The notes under the pieces were generated by a model that worked only from the letters and a program-made list of their open reading frames with translations, ran no database searches and was not told the origin of the DNA. From Somniosus microcephalus (lineage: Eukaryota), in the NCBI GenBank assembly GCA_052327205.1, contig CM126228.1, forward strand, positions 11,718,001 to 11,782,000: a stretch of DNA of 64,000 nt, given 5' to 3'. Below are positions 22,628 through 33,780 of the stretch, in pieces. Position 1 is the stretch's first letter, and each line of letters opens with the position of its first letter. The position numbers and the translations under genes are program-made.

Positions 22628-23268
22628 GTTTGTTTTAATTTTAAGTTTAGAAATGACAGGAACCTCATTTTTACTTGAGTTGGTATGTAGAACAGAAAAT
22701 GCTGGAAATACACAACAGGTCTGTCGGTATCTGAAGAGAGAAATACAAGTTAACTGACATACAAAGGGTCTCCAGATGAAATGTTAACTTGTCTTATACC
22801 AGGAAGATTCCATTTCTTCTGTGTCCAGTTTGTGTTGAGCCTGTGCTATACAATTTTACATAGAATTCAAAGTTACAAAAAGTCAATTTCAAGTATTACA
22901 AGATAACAAGGGAGTACAAATCTGTCACAGGGATATTTTAACTAGAATTCTGTGCAAATGATCTCAGTGATCCAACGACAAAGCACATGGATCCAAACAC
23001 TGCCATCACAAAGGATACAGAATTATGTTGGAAGTCATAATAGACTGGGGCATCAAAATATAAAGGGAAATTAAGAGCCAGAATTCTCATGAAGTTGGAT
23101 ATTTTAACCAAATCTTTCCTGTACTTCAGGATGAACCATAAAAGTAGTGTGTGCAGATGCATCAAATTTGAAGCAACAAGATATTTTGTATTTTCAAAAG
23201 TAATCTGTTGTAGATATAATTGCACTTTTTATTTAATAACCAAGTTATTATTTGATTTCTATGGTTAG

Positions 23269-23333
23269 GGAAGGTGCACAAGAAGTTCTGGACCGTGTCT
23301 GTCTGCAGATGGTGTATTCCGTGCTAATGCAAA
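23269..23333 (+). CDS. CTC1: CTC1 exon (65 bp, phase 0-2)
   Basis: ttAG|GGA...AA|GTAAGC. GRCTRSSGPCLSADGVFRANA vs human [21 protein letters not shown]. Confidence 0.9.
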
Positions 23334-24523
23334 GTAAGCATCAAGGATTGGGAATCCGATTTAAACAAAATGATCCCCTCAAGAATCATTCTATGCTTCA
23401 CTATGGCGATCAAGTTGCCAAAACATTGTTTGTGCAAGTCAGAGAAGATCAGCATTGTTTTTTCAAAAGCTGGAATATGTCTTGTCTGGGCACACCATTT
23501 TCTTTACCTGTTTTCGACAGGTTCTTGCACACAATATGTTTCAAATTATTGTAACATAACCACAGCCAGAGGATTAGTTCAAAATGTTTCCTATTTTACT
23601 TTCCCCCCCAGTGATATGACTATTGGCTAATCACACAGCTCCAGATCAATGCACTTGATGAGGTTTAGACAGAACACATGCAAGTTGGAATGTCCCATAC
23701 CACAAATTGGTCACAACATTCATTTAGGTTTGGGAAAACAATAGTCGTTTCATGGTATAAGCCGTGGACTTTGATTTGAACTTCTATTTCTCAATATTTT
23801 CTTGTTTTCCTCCCCCCACACCCCCTTTCAAACTTTCACTACCCACCAGATGGATCATCTTTTTCCACATGATCTTCCTTAAATAGGGAGCCTTCTTGAC
23901 TTCTTATTATTGTTGCTGCCAATGTTTCACTCTCCAGTCATTTGCCTGGAAGCATATTTGCATTATGGCATGTGAACAATATTCTTTCCTCTTGCCTGAG
24001 ATGGATGACTCCTGCAGTCTGACAAATTTCAGCTTTTGGTCAGGAACTGACTCAGCTGGAAGTACTTAGTCCTACAAACTCCTCCTTCCCTGCATTCTTA
24101 GTGGGTTGAAATAGAAATTTATTACCTCACCTCCTCTCTTTATTTGAGCACCTTGAAATTGTGGAACTCCTTGGCTCTCAATCTTCCCTTCGTCTGACAA
24201 TCTTCAGGCTTTTAAAGCCCAAGTTTGGCAACAATGAATCACTACTTTGATTTATCTTTATTCCTCTTCTCAACTTGTTCGTGCCTTTCACAATGGAATT
24301 GGGCAATCACCTCAGTTTCTTAATAAAAATTTTGGAAAAACAGTTTTGATCTTGGACTTGAATCTGTCTCCATTTGGTTCGGGATGCAGCTTGTAAATAC
24401 AAAGTCACTTACAGTGAGTGTTAGCAGATGTAGCTTAATTGGAAAAATAAGCATAAAAAATTATCAGTGGGCAAAAGTGTTTAAACCAATTTGCCCCAAG
24501 CCAATACATAGCATGATGAATAG

Positions 24524-24656
24524 ATGAGCAAAATACTGCAGATGCTGGAAAGCTGATAGAAAAACAGAAAATGCTGGAAATACTCAGCAGGTCAGGCAGC
24601 ATCTGTGGAGAGAGAAACAGAGTTAACGTTTCAGGTTGATGACCTTTCGTCAGAAT
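24524..24656 (-). mobile_element. Short Penelope pseudo-LTR-derived insertion with hammerhead core
   Basis: Minus strand: CTGACGA-AAGGTC-ATC-AACCT-GAAA-CGTT-AACTCTG...gatgctgcctgacctgctgagtatttccagca. TSD ATGAATAG at 24516-24523 and 24657-24664. Confidence 0.8.
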
Positions 24657-25199
24657 ATGAATAGGCTCTTTACTGCAAACACCTACTCTTGTCACACAAG
24701 CTGTTGAAATGGAAAATGTGCAGTAGTACTGTTCTTACAGTTACTATTTAAACAGACTTTTCTTCAGTCCTTCAAACCATTTTGCGTTTACTGGCGACAT
24801 GCAGAAATGTCACATTTTGTAACATACAAATGAAGTTAGCACGTTCAAGATGTGTTCCCGAGAAGGGATGAGGTGTAAGTTGGTGTAAAATTGCCATTAC
24901 AGTTAAAGGTTTGAGCTGACCCTGGCAAACTGCAGCTTGTGCCATAAGGTGCACGTTTATTTTGCAGTTAGCTTCTTGTAACATGACAATGACAGGAAAG
25001 AAAGCTCTTAAAACAGTTTGCTGTGGTTTTTGTGGTAGATTTTAATGCACTGTGACCATTCGCCTCAACATGCAGGTATCCGTTCCAAACTCTGTCTGCT
25101 GTGGATAAAAAATAGTACTGATTAACGGCCTGGTATAGAGACCAAGTGGAATTTAGGATGAGGATTCTGTGTTTTTGTATCATAAGTTTAGCTTGCATT

Positions 25200-26620
25200 T
25201 CTGCTCCAGTTCTGACCTTGCAACACTAAACTTCGCCCCGATCTCCTCCACAGCATTCACCAAACTTAACTCTTCCATGGGACCCACCTCCTGCTCTCTT
25301 GACTCGCTCCTGATCACTGAACTACTTCTCAACCTGGTGATCATATAGTAAGCTGCTCTCTCTCCCCCCAGGCATTGTTCTTTCCATTTTTAAAACTGCG
25401 ATAATCACCCAACTCCCTTCAAAACCTTCTGTTGACCCCCCTGTCCTCTAGCTATCACCCATTTCCAACCTCCCTTTCCTCTCTGTCTCTGGAATGTGTC
25501 ATCGCATCCCAACTGCGTGTTCACCTTTCTGTCTACTCTCTGTTCAGTTCCTTTGAATCCAGTTTCTGCCCCATCTACAGGACACAGTCACCAAGGACAG
25601 TCTGTGTACATAGATACATAGAAGATAGGAGCAGGAGCAGGCCCCTCGAGCCTGCTCTGCCATTCAATGAGATCATGGCTGATCATCCAAATTCACTACC
25701 CTGCCTCTGCTTTCTCCCCATATCCCTTGATCCCTTTAGCCTTAAGAAATATATCTAACTCCGTCTTGAATATATTTAATGAATTGGCCTCTACTGCCTT
25801 CTGTGGTAGAGAATTCCACAGGTTCTGTGATAGTGGATTGGCGGTTAGGATCAGATCAGCCATGATCTTATTGAATGGCGGAGCAGGCTCGAGGGGCCGA
25901 TTGGCCTACTCCTGCTCCTATTTCTTATGTTCACCACTCTCTGGGTGAAGAAATTCCTCCTCATCTCTGTCCTAAATGGCTTACCCCTTATCCTTAGACT
26001 GTGACCCCTGGTTCTGGACTCCCCGGTCATCGGGAACATCCTTCCCTATGTGACTGTGACCATGCACATTATCCCATTTTTGGACCTACTGCAATGTTTG
26101 ACATAGTTAGCCACACTCTTCACTCCATTGGCTGTTCTCCGTAGTCATGAACTGATCTCTCGTGGTTCCATTTCTCCCTGTCCCAATGTTGCTGGTACAT
26201 TTCCTGCAATAGCTCCTTCTCCTATATCCACACAGTCAATTCAAGTGTGCCTCAAGGCTCCAGTCTTGCTGCTCAGCGACATTAGTACACACAGGTTCAG
26301 CTTTGATGTGCATGTTGACAAAATCCATCTTTACTGCTCCACGACCAATCTTGAGGTGTTATATTGCCTGTCTGACATCAAGTTGTGGATGAGCTAGGTT
26401 TTTATTTATAGCTCAATATTGGTAAGATTGAAGCCATCCTATTTGGCCACTGTCAGAAACTCAGTGCTCAAGCCCCTGATCCTGCCCCCTGTTTAGAATC
26501 TTGTTGAAGCTCAACCTGAAAGTGCACAAGCCTTAATATTTTTCTCCACTGTGAACTGAGCTTTAAACCGCACAAACAGCCCTTCACCATAACTCCTTAC
26601 TTCCGTTTCTGCAACATCAC
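25200..26620 (+). mobile_element. Old L2 fragment containing nested CR1 3' ends (25610-26047)
   Basis: L2-type SYHPISNL..LS..LE.VIASQL and later CLSDIKLWMS motifs. A minus-strand CR1 tail lies inside, itself split by a plus-strand CR1 tail at 25826-25932. Confidence 0.7.
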
Positions 26621-26920
26621 CTCCCTTCCTTCCTCCCCTCCCCTATTTAATTGATAGTTCTGCGTTAACAATTTCCTTTCCAGTGCTGCAAACTTGAAGC
26701 TGTATATTTTTTTTAAATTTTGGAAGTAACCAATTAAAACTTGATTTTCAGCAGTTCCTGTTGCAGAACATGTACAAATAGAATCATGAGATTGAAGGCT
26801 AAATTATTTCACTTGCAAAACCCTAATAACCCACATGACTTTCATGCTTGGATGTGGGGCCTACCTCAATAGAATAAACAACAACTTTTCCCATTCAATG
26901 TACTACTGGGCTTCTCAGAT

Positions 26921-27021
26921 GAGTTCTGACGAAAGGTCTTCGACCTGAAACGTTAACTCTGTTTCTCTCTCCACGGAAGCTGCCTGACCACCTGAGTTTT
27001 TCCAGCGTCTTCTGTTGTTAT
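26921..27021 (+). mobile_element. 101-bp Penelope pseudo-LTR-derived insertion beginning with an intact minimal hammerhead ribozyme (26921-26959)
   Basis: GAGTT-CTGACGA-A-AGGTC(TTC)GACCT-GAAA-CGTT-AACTC. Flanked by TTCTCAGAT at 26912-26920 and 27022-27030. Confidence 0.82.
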
Positions 27022-27144
27022 TTCTCAGATAAGTGTTGTTTCTGGGTGTACAGATTTGCACCAGGAAAAGAGCATTAGTGATTACAGTGGTCTGTGATAA
27101 TGAGTCGGTGACCTAGGTTAATACTGGGAACTGTTTTGTTGCAG

Positions 27145-27310
27145 TGTTATTGTGGAGGATGGAACTGCAGAGGCACGAGTTCACTGTAAAGACAAACAGG
27201 TGGCAGACCTGCTGGCACTCAACTCAACAGAGTGGGAAGGACTGCAACAACACGTTGGTCCACGAGGGAAGGTGTACTTTCAGTACCAGGGCCGCACTGG
27301 ACATGAACTG
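27145..27310 (+). CDS. CTC1: CTC1 exon (166 bp, phase 2-0)
   Basis: ttgcAG|T...CTG|[39 protein letters not shown]...GKVYFQYQG vs human [33 protein letters not shown]...GRVVLQFAG. Confidence 0.95.
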
Positions 27311-27954
27311 GTGAGTAAATGCCTTTCTCTCCTTTTTATTAGGATCCTTTATCCAGGATAACCTTTCAAAACTTTTATTTTCAGAGCGATCTTGTCTTTA
27401 ACTCCCTTGGGTACAGAATTTCTCTCTCTCTACCTTTTCACTCTACATTCACAGGAATGATACCAAGTCACTAAGAATTTTTATTGATGATGTAGCACCT
27501 TTTCTCAAATGTCCCAGAGTGCTTCACATCCCAATACATTTGAGTGACGTTATATCGGATAATGCAGTGGCCATTTGTGAACAGTAATGTTCCACAAACA
27601 GAAATGAGATGGTTGACCAGTAAATCTGTTTTTGGTGGTGGTTTGAGAGAAATATTGGCCAGAACGCAGGAATTTCCTGCTCCTCGTCAAAAAAAAAAAA
27701 TGGTATTCGACAGCTGGCCTCCCAATTGGTGCTACCATTTTTGGCCCATTTTGTAATTCATGGCAGACTAGATGTATTAAAATCTAACATCTTCACCTAG
27801 CTGAACACTTCCATTGCCACCTCTTGCTGTTAAGTATATTCAGTGGAACACCTCCTGTTTTCTGAAAGAAGCTAAGGCTCTGGGAGCTCTCGACTGTTCT
27901 GTCGTCTGAAAAACATGATTTCATGCTGAATTTCCTTAGAATCACCAATTACTT

Positions 27955-28129
27955 TTTAAAATACCTGTCTTAAAATAATCTCATCCAGTTTAAAAATACC
28001 TGTCTTAAAATAATCTCATCCAATTTAAAATACCTGTCTTAAAATAATCTCATCCAGTTTAAAATACCTGTCTTAAAATAATCTCATCCAGTTTAAAATA
28101 CCTGTCTTAAAATAATCTCATCCAGTTTA
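27955..28129. repeat. Minisatellite, 5 x 34 bp (TTTAAAATACCTGTCTTAAAATAATCTCATCCAG)
   Basis: Five near-identical head-to-tail copies, differing by one A insertion and one G>A change. Confidence 0.95.
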
Positions 28130-30421
28130 CGACCGATCAAGATGAGTAAGGTGAAGCAGTGTGTATTCTGGTTAAAATCCATCCAAATTCACTTCACTAG
28201 TCTGGTGAGGTCTAATTTTTTGTAGTGCATCAACCATTTTACATGGTTAACTGTACAGACTAATCTTGTCCATTCTCATGAGAGCAAGCCTACATCAGGA
28301 AAATAAATGCAAGTTGTTGTTGAAGCAATTTGTTAAAAGGCAAATAATTTATTTTAACTTCAAGGGCTAAAACATGCTATGCAGTGAAACACCAAGAGTG
28401 CTCTCTTTCCCGTCTTTTCATTTTGAAGCAATTGAGTATTTATCTTAAATTAATAGTCCTTTGAAATTTGATCCTGTTCACCCTATCCCTGAAAAAGCTT
28501 ATTGTCTTGCTCTTCAAGCTGCTGTCCCATTGCCCTTAAATCACGACTTTCTAAATTCATGGACGCTAACGTTAACTCTTAAAACATCAATTCGCTTGAA
28601 TGTCCTGGCCTAAAATGTATGGGGTTCAGCAGGGTCATTCCAACAATTTTGTTACTTTTGCAAACTTCTGGAACTTTGTACGAGGACACGTTGGTGAATC
28701 ATCCATCATTTCCCTAAACAGAATATGGCACTATAGTTCTAAACCAGTTACAATTGTATGGTTTTCTGTCAAATCCCACCCTGCTGAAGTTGATTGCTCA
28801 GCTTCCCACATCTTTTCATTTTCCATCACCCCATGGCTTTGCTTCTCTCCCACTTCATATTCTTCATATTGATGACTTGCTCCTCTAGCATCCGCCTTAT
28901 CCATTTTTTTGCTAATTATTCCACTCTGCATTAACTGACTTCCTTCAGATTGCAAGCCCTCGGTTCACCCAGTCTCCAGTCCTCTCAAGTGATGTGGTTG
29001 ACTGCACTACAGCTTAATCGCATCCATGACCTGCAGTGGGACCATGAAAATCTTTTCTTTTCTCCAGCGAGATAGTTTCTTTGTCGCTTGCAGGACTAAC
29101 CAACTGCTACCCTCTCCTGCCTTCGGCCCAGTTCCACTTTACCAAGATTCCTGTCCTTTCTCCTTTGATCTCAGATGGAACTTTCACTTCACTTCCTTTG
29201 CTGAAAGTACCTCAAAGAAAATAGTTTTCTGCTTTTGTGCCAAATGCTGCTTCTCAGTGGCTCTTAACATTGCCTACGTAACAACTGTATTTCAAAAACG
29301 AATTCATTGGCTGTTAAGCACTTTGGGATGCATGAACTTGCATTTGTATAGCACCTTTTTTTCCAGTTAAGTCTAAAATACTGTCCCTATGTCTGAGTTA
29401 GCTTCTCTAATAACTCTTTGGCACTCTTGAACTGGATACAAGAAAATGTTTGTTGTCTGGTGGGCAGTCTCTCATCTCTAGCCTTCACTGCTCTTCTCTT
29501 ACTCACAAGCTTTCTTCTTTTTTCTTTCTCCCTCTCCTCTCTCACTCATCCTCATCAATAATGGTGTGGTCCGTGTTCCTCTTGAGTTTTTCTCTCAAGC
29601 TCCAAATATGATATATATATACATGCTCTTCCTCCCTCGATACTTGATTTGCAATCATGACTCATTGTACCACCTCCTACTCACAACTGAATATTTCCGA
29701 AGCCTATTAAACAGTGGAACTCATTACATCCCTCCCTTGTATAACCTTCAGATTTTTAAACCAAACTTGGCATTACCAAATCACTGTTTGCCTTACTGTC
29801 TCTTTTACTCTTCAACCTTGGTGCCAATCCTGTGTAATGGTGATGGGCCTTCAATAACCACAGAACTAGAAGTTATAGACTTAAACAAGTTGGCTTTTAA
29901 TCACTAAGATCAGAGCTAACATCTCAACACGCTGACTGGTTCACAGGAATGAGTCATACAGATCCTGGGATCTTTATGTAAGAGAAGTCAGGGGCGGAGC
30001 CAAGAGCCAAGACCTGGAACCTCCCAGGTTAGTCGGGAAAGAGGAAGTGAAACTATACACAGTGGGGGAGGGTAATATACATGAGTGCAAAAATACAGGA
30101 TCAAGACAAACAGATTTCATTACAAATGGGTTTTGATCCTCCCTATTTGTTTTCCAACAAAGAAATCTATTATACTTTTTAGGACTAAATGGCAATGTGT
30201 TGATGTAGTTTCTTTTTTGAAACCAATGGTTTAACTCTGATTAATCTATAATTATCAGGATTGCAACTTAGGTTGCCATTTTATCAGCAGAATGCTTGGC
30301 ATTCTGTTAAAGGGATGAACAAACTCAAAAGATTGTTAGAAAATAAAGAATTGCATATAATCAGCCATGCTACAGTCTGAGAAATGACAGCTTAATTAAC
30401 CTTCGTTTCTCTAAATTGCAG

Positions 30422-30551
30422 CATGAAGAGAATACTGGAGATGTCCTAATGCAGTACCTTGGAACAATCTGCACTAGCACTGTCGTCTGCAGATCCATTC
30501 AACTTGCCTTCAGATTTGACTGGAAAGGCAAACCCAAGTTTGGACAGACTG
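30422..30551 (+). CDS. CTC1: CTC1 penultimate exon (130 bp, phase 0-1)
   Basis: ttgcAG|CAT...G|GTAAGT. DVLMQYLGTICTSTVVCRSIQLAFRFDWK vs human [28 protein letters not shown]. Confidence 0.92.
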
Positions 30552-33261
30552 GTAAGTTGCCCTGTTCTCCTTCTACATTGGTGTATGATGTAAAGGTGTG
30601 GGGGGGGTGTTGGATGGAGAAACAACCATTGGTTTGATATACTACCCACAAGAGAAACTCTTAATATTGGTTGCACATCTCCATTGATTATCTTTACTTG
30701 CAATATTGCTGATCTGCATTTCACAGTGCTTCAATGTTAATTGTCACATTTGGCTGAGTCTAACCCTCCTGTTCATTTTATAAAAATGAAATTGCCAAGT
30801 GTTGCCTCATTTCCTACTAATTCAGCCAAAGAAGTCTTCCTGTAAAGTTGTTGGGATAGCTTTGTATTTTTGGCAATGTTAAAATGTCATTTGTTATGAT
30901 TGTGGCATAGCGAAAACTCAGCTAACACTTGGCTCTTTCAGCAATATATTAGAACCAAGAAATTTAAAACTGTCTTCCAAATTCACTCCAGTAAATGCAC
31001 TGGACTATAATCTTGCCATGGGTTCAAACATCTGTACAGTGGAACATGACTTATCTAAAAATTCAGCAACGTAAAACACAGTAATCCCTTGCTATAAAAC
31101 TCGTGATACACCATGATCACTGATACAACGTGTAGCACATTTATTAATGAAGAATCCACATGAAATACCCTCTAACGTGCTTTGTGTATGACTCTTAAAC
31201 CCATCCATAAAGGTTTGAAGTGTCCAGCACTTTATTTAAATTTGTCCATTCTAGTTCTTTTGTAACTATTCTACATTTCTGTGCAAATGTATGTAAAGCC
31301 CAGAGATCTGAGATTGCTGTAATTTGCCAAGGCATCAGATAACCCAAGGTTCTGCTGTACAGCTTGGAACCCATAATTCTAGGACTGGTAATATGTTGAG
31401 CATTTCAGATCTTGATTATACTGTGCACCATTTCACATTTTCCTGCTGCCTTTCTTTTGTGGGTATGGATGTAAACAAACTGCAGAATGTTATATTTGCT
31501 GTGTAGCTGTTATTTTCAGCATTAGAGGAGATTACGATTGTAGCTGCTTTGGGATGTCACAATTTTGTCTGCATCACAATCTGTTAAACCCATGAGTATC
31601 TTACCATTTTTTCCCCTGGTGTAGCAGCCTCTGAATCAATTATCAGTGCTACACTGGCACCCTTGGACTAGGGAGGTGGAGAAAAATCAGTTTCTATTCC
31701 TCATCAATGTTGGGTCAGCCTAGTGGCAAAGCACCTATTTGTGGACAAAATTGGTTTTGGCCACAATGCTGCCTACAGTTTAATAGTCTGCCAACACTCA
31801 GATCATGCATGAAGATTGGCCACTTGGGTGAGGTATTGGTGGCAGCCAAAGCCCATTAAACAACACTGGCAGTATTTGGTGCTTCAGAAGGGGCGAAAAG
31901 TAGTAGGAAAAATGTCTCTCTTGTAATATGTAATCTTAATACGATCAACAGACAACAAGTTGAGACTGCACTTTATGGGGACAAATAAAGTGATCTTTCT
32001 GTAACCAGTGAACGATGATGCTCCTCTCCCTTTCCCCCTCACTCCCTAGAGTGATTTTTCTCCAGCCTCCTTGTTTATTTTTGCGCATCATTTCACACAC
32101 TGGTGTGTTTCCAGACATTTCCCTATGCTGTTCTTGAACAGGTTGCTGAAACATGCATGAGAGCATGACTTGCATTTGACCTGGAGTGCTTTGCCACCCT
32201 CCTTCAGTGGAAGCTTGTTCGCTCCACTTTGCACCTTTCCAGAAAGCGTGCTTTAGATCAAGAACTTGTCACGTAGAGATTCCGGAGAAGAACCCATGCC
32301 CATCTCCACATATGTTTAATTTATTTTCCACTTTTCCTTTTTATGGTGACATCCCCATAGTTACAAGGAATGACCTCTGCATGAAAATGTTACCGGAACT
32401 GCTTTGGAATTAGAAGTTTTGCTTTTCTTTGCTGACTGAAATTCTTTAAACCCAAGTTGAAACATTGCAAGTAGTTAATAGCTGAAACACTTGAATGTGT
32501 GAAGAGCTGTGATTTTTAAATTAATTGATGGTGAATGTAGATATTCATTTCATTTTGCATTGTTCACGTGTTAGGCTTGCCCGGATGAAATGCAACAACA
32601 TTTAAAAAAATCTAATCTTGCTAGGATAGAAAATGTGTAAACTTGGGTGAGGGGGAGGGGGGGGGGAAACGCATAATTTCACAATTCCAAATCTTGTTGC
32701 TTAATGGTCAATTTTGAGATGAATGTTTTTCTTCTTTGCTTTGAGGCAAATTACTGCAGTGAGTTTGATATTTTGTATTAGCAGCACAAGTGGACTGGAT
32801 CACAGTCTCTCAAATCATTAGGATTCCTTTTATCATTGTACTGTATGTAAATACTACAGTTATTGAGCAGGGTATCCTATTTTACTTGCTTAGGAAAGGG
32901 GGATTAATTATTCACTGGGTGTTGACATCATGAATACTAATTCTGCTGTAGGTTACACAGGCTGCATTTGGAGTGCTGTATTATTGACTTCAAGTAGTGA
33001 TTGACTTGGGTCACCAGAGTTAGCTGGATTTTCCTATTGCTATGTGGACTGGGTTTGGTATTCATGGTACTGGTGGTACGCTCAGTTAACATTTTACAGT
33101 TAACACTTTACTACTGGGTGTAGAATTTTAAAAAATAATCCAGGAAATGTAGGCAGCCTCTGTCGGATTGAAGTCCAGTGGCGGGTTAGGTTCTTTCCCT
33201 CTCCCCCCCCCCCCCCCCCCCCCAAAAACAAATGACAGAACTCAGTGGGTAAAGAAGGAAA

Positions 33262-33606
33262 GAACTTGTATGTATTTATATTGTGCTTTTCATGACCTCT
33301 GGACATCCCAAAGTGCTTCACAGCCAATTAATTACTTTTGAAGTATAGTCACTGTTGGCCACACAGCAGCCAATTTGCTCACAGCAGGCTCCCACAAATG
33401 GCAATGAAATAATTGACCAGATATTCTATTTTAATGATATTGGATTGAGGGATAAATGTTGGCCAGGACACTGAGAGAACTCTCGTGCTCTTTGTAGGAT
33501 AGTGCAGCTTTACTTCCACCTGAGAAGGCAGACCGATTCGGTTTAAAATCTCATCGGAAACAAAGCACCTCTGACAGTGCAGCACTCGCTCAGTACTGCA
33601 CTGAGT
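33262..33606 (-). mobile_element. Deu-domain SINE (SacSINE1/AmnSINE-like); head continues at about 35840-35880
   Basis: Minus strand 'cagtgcagtactgagcgagtgctgcactgtcagaggtgc..gatgagattttaaaccga' matches the recalled Deu core, with an L2-derived tail. Confidence 0.8.
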
Positions 33607-33609
33607 TGC

Positions 33610-33780
33610 CTACCCCTGCTACAGCACTGAAACGGCCCTAATCAAAGTCACAAATGGCATCCACTGTGACTGGTGCGCTATCCCTCCTCATCCTTCTCGA
33701 CCTGTCAGCAGCCTTTGACACGGTGCACCACACCTTCCTCCTACAATGCCTCCTCCATTGTCCGGCTGAATAGGACTGCC
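33610..33780 (+). mobile_element. L2 RT fragment
   Basis: STETALIKVTN...LLILLDLSAAFDTV.H motif. Confidence 0.85.

Noticed and set aside
27955-28129. 34-bp repeats as a CRISPR array
   Set aside because: The repeats are head-to-tail with no spacers, there are no cas genes, and the context is a vertebrate intron.
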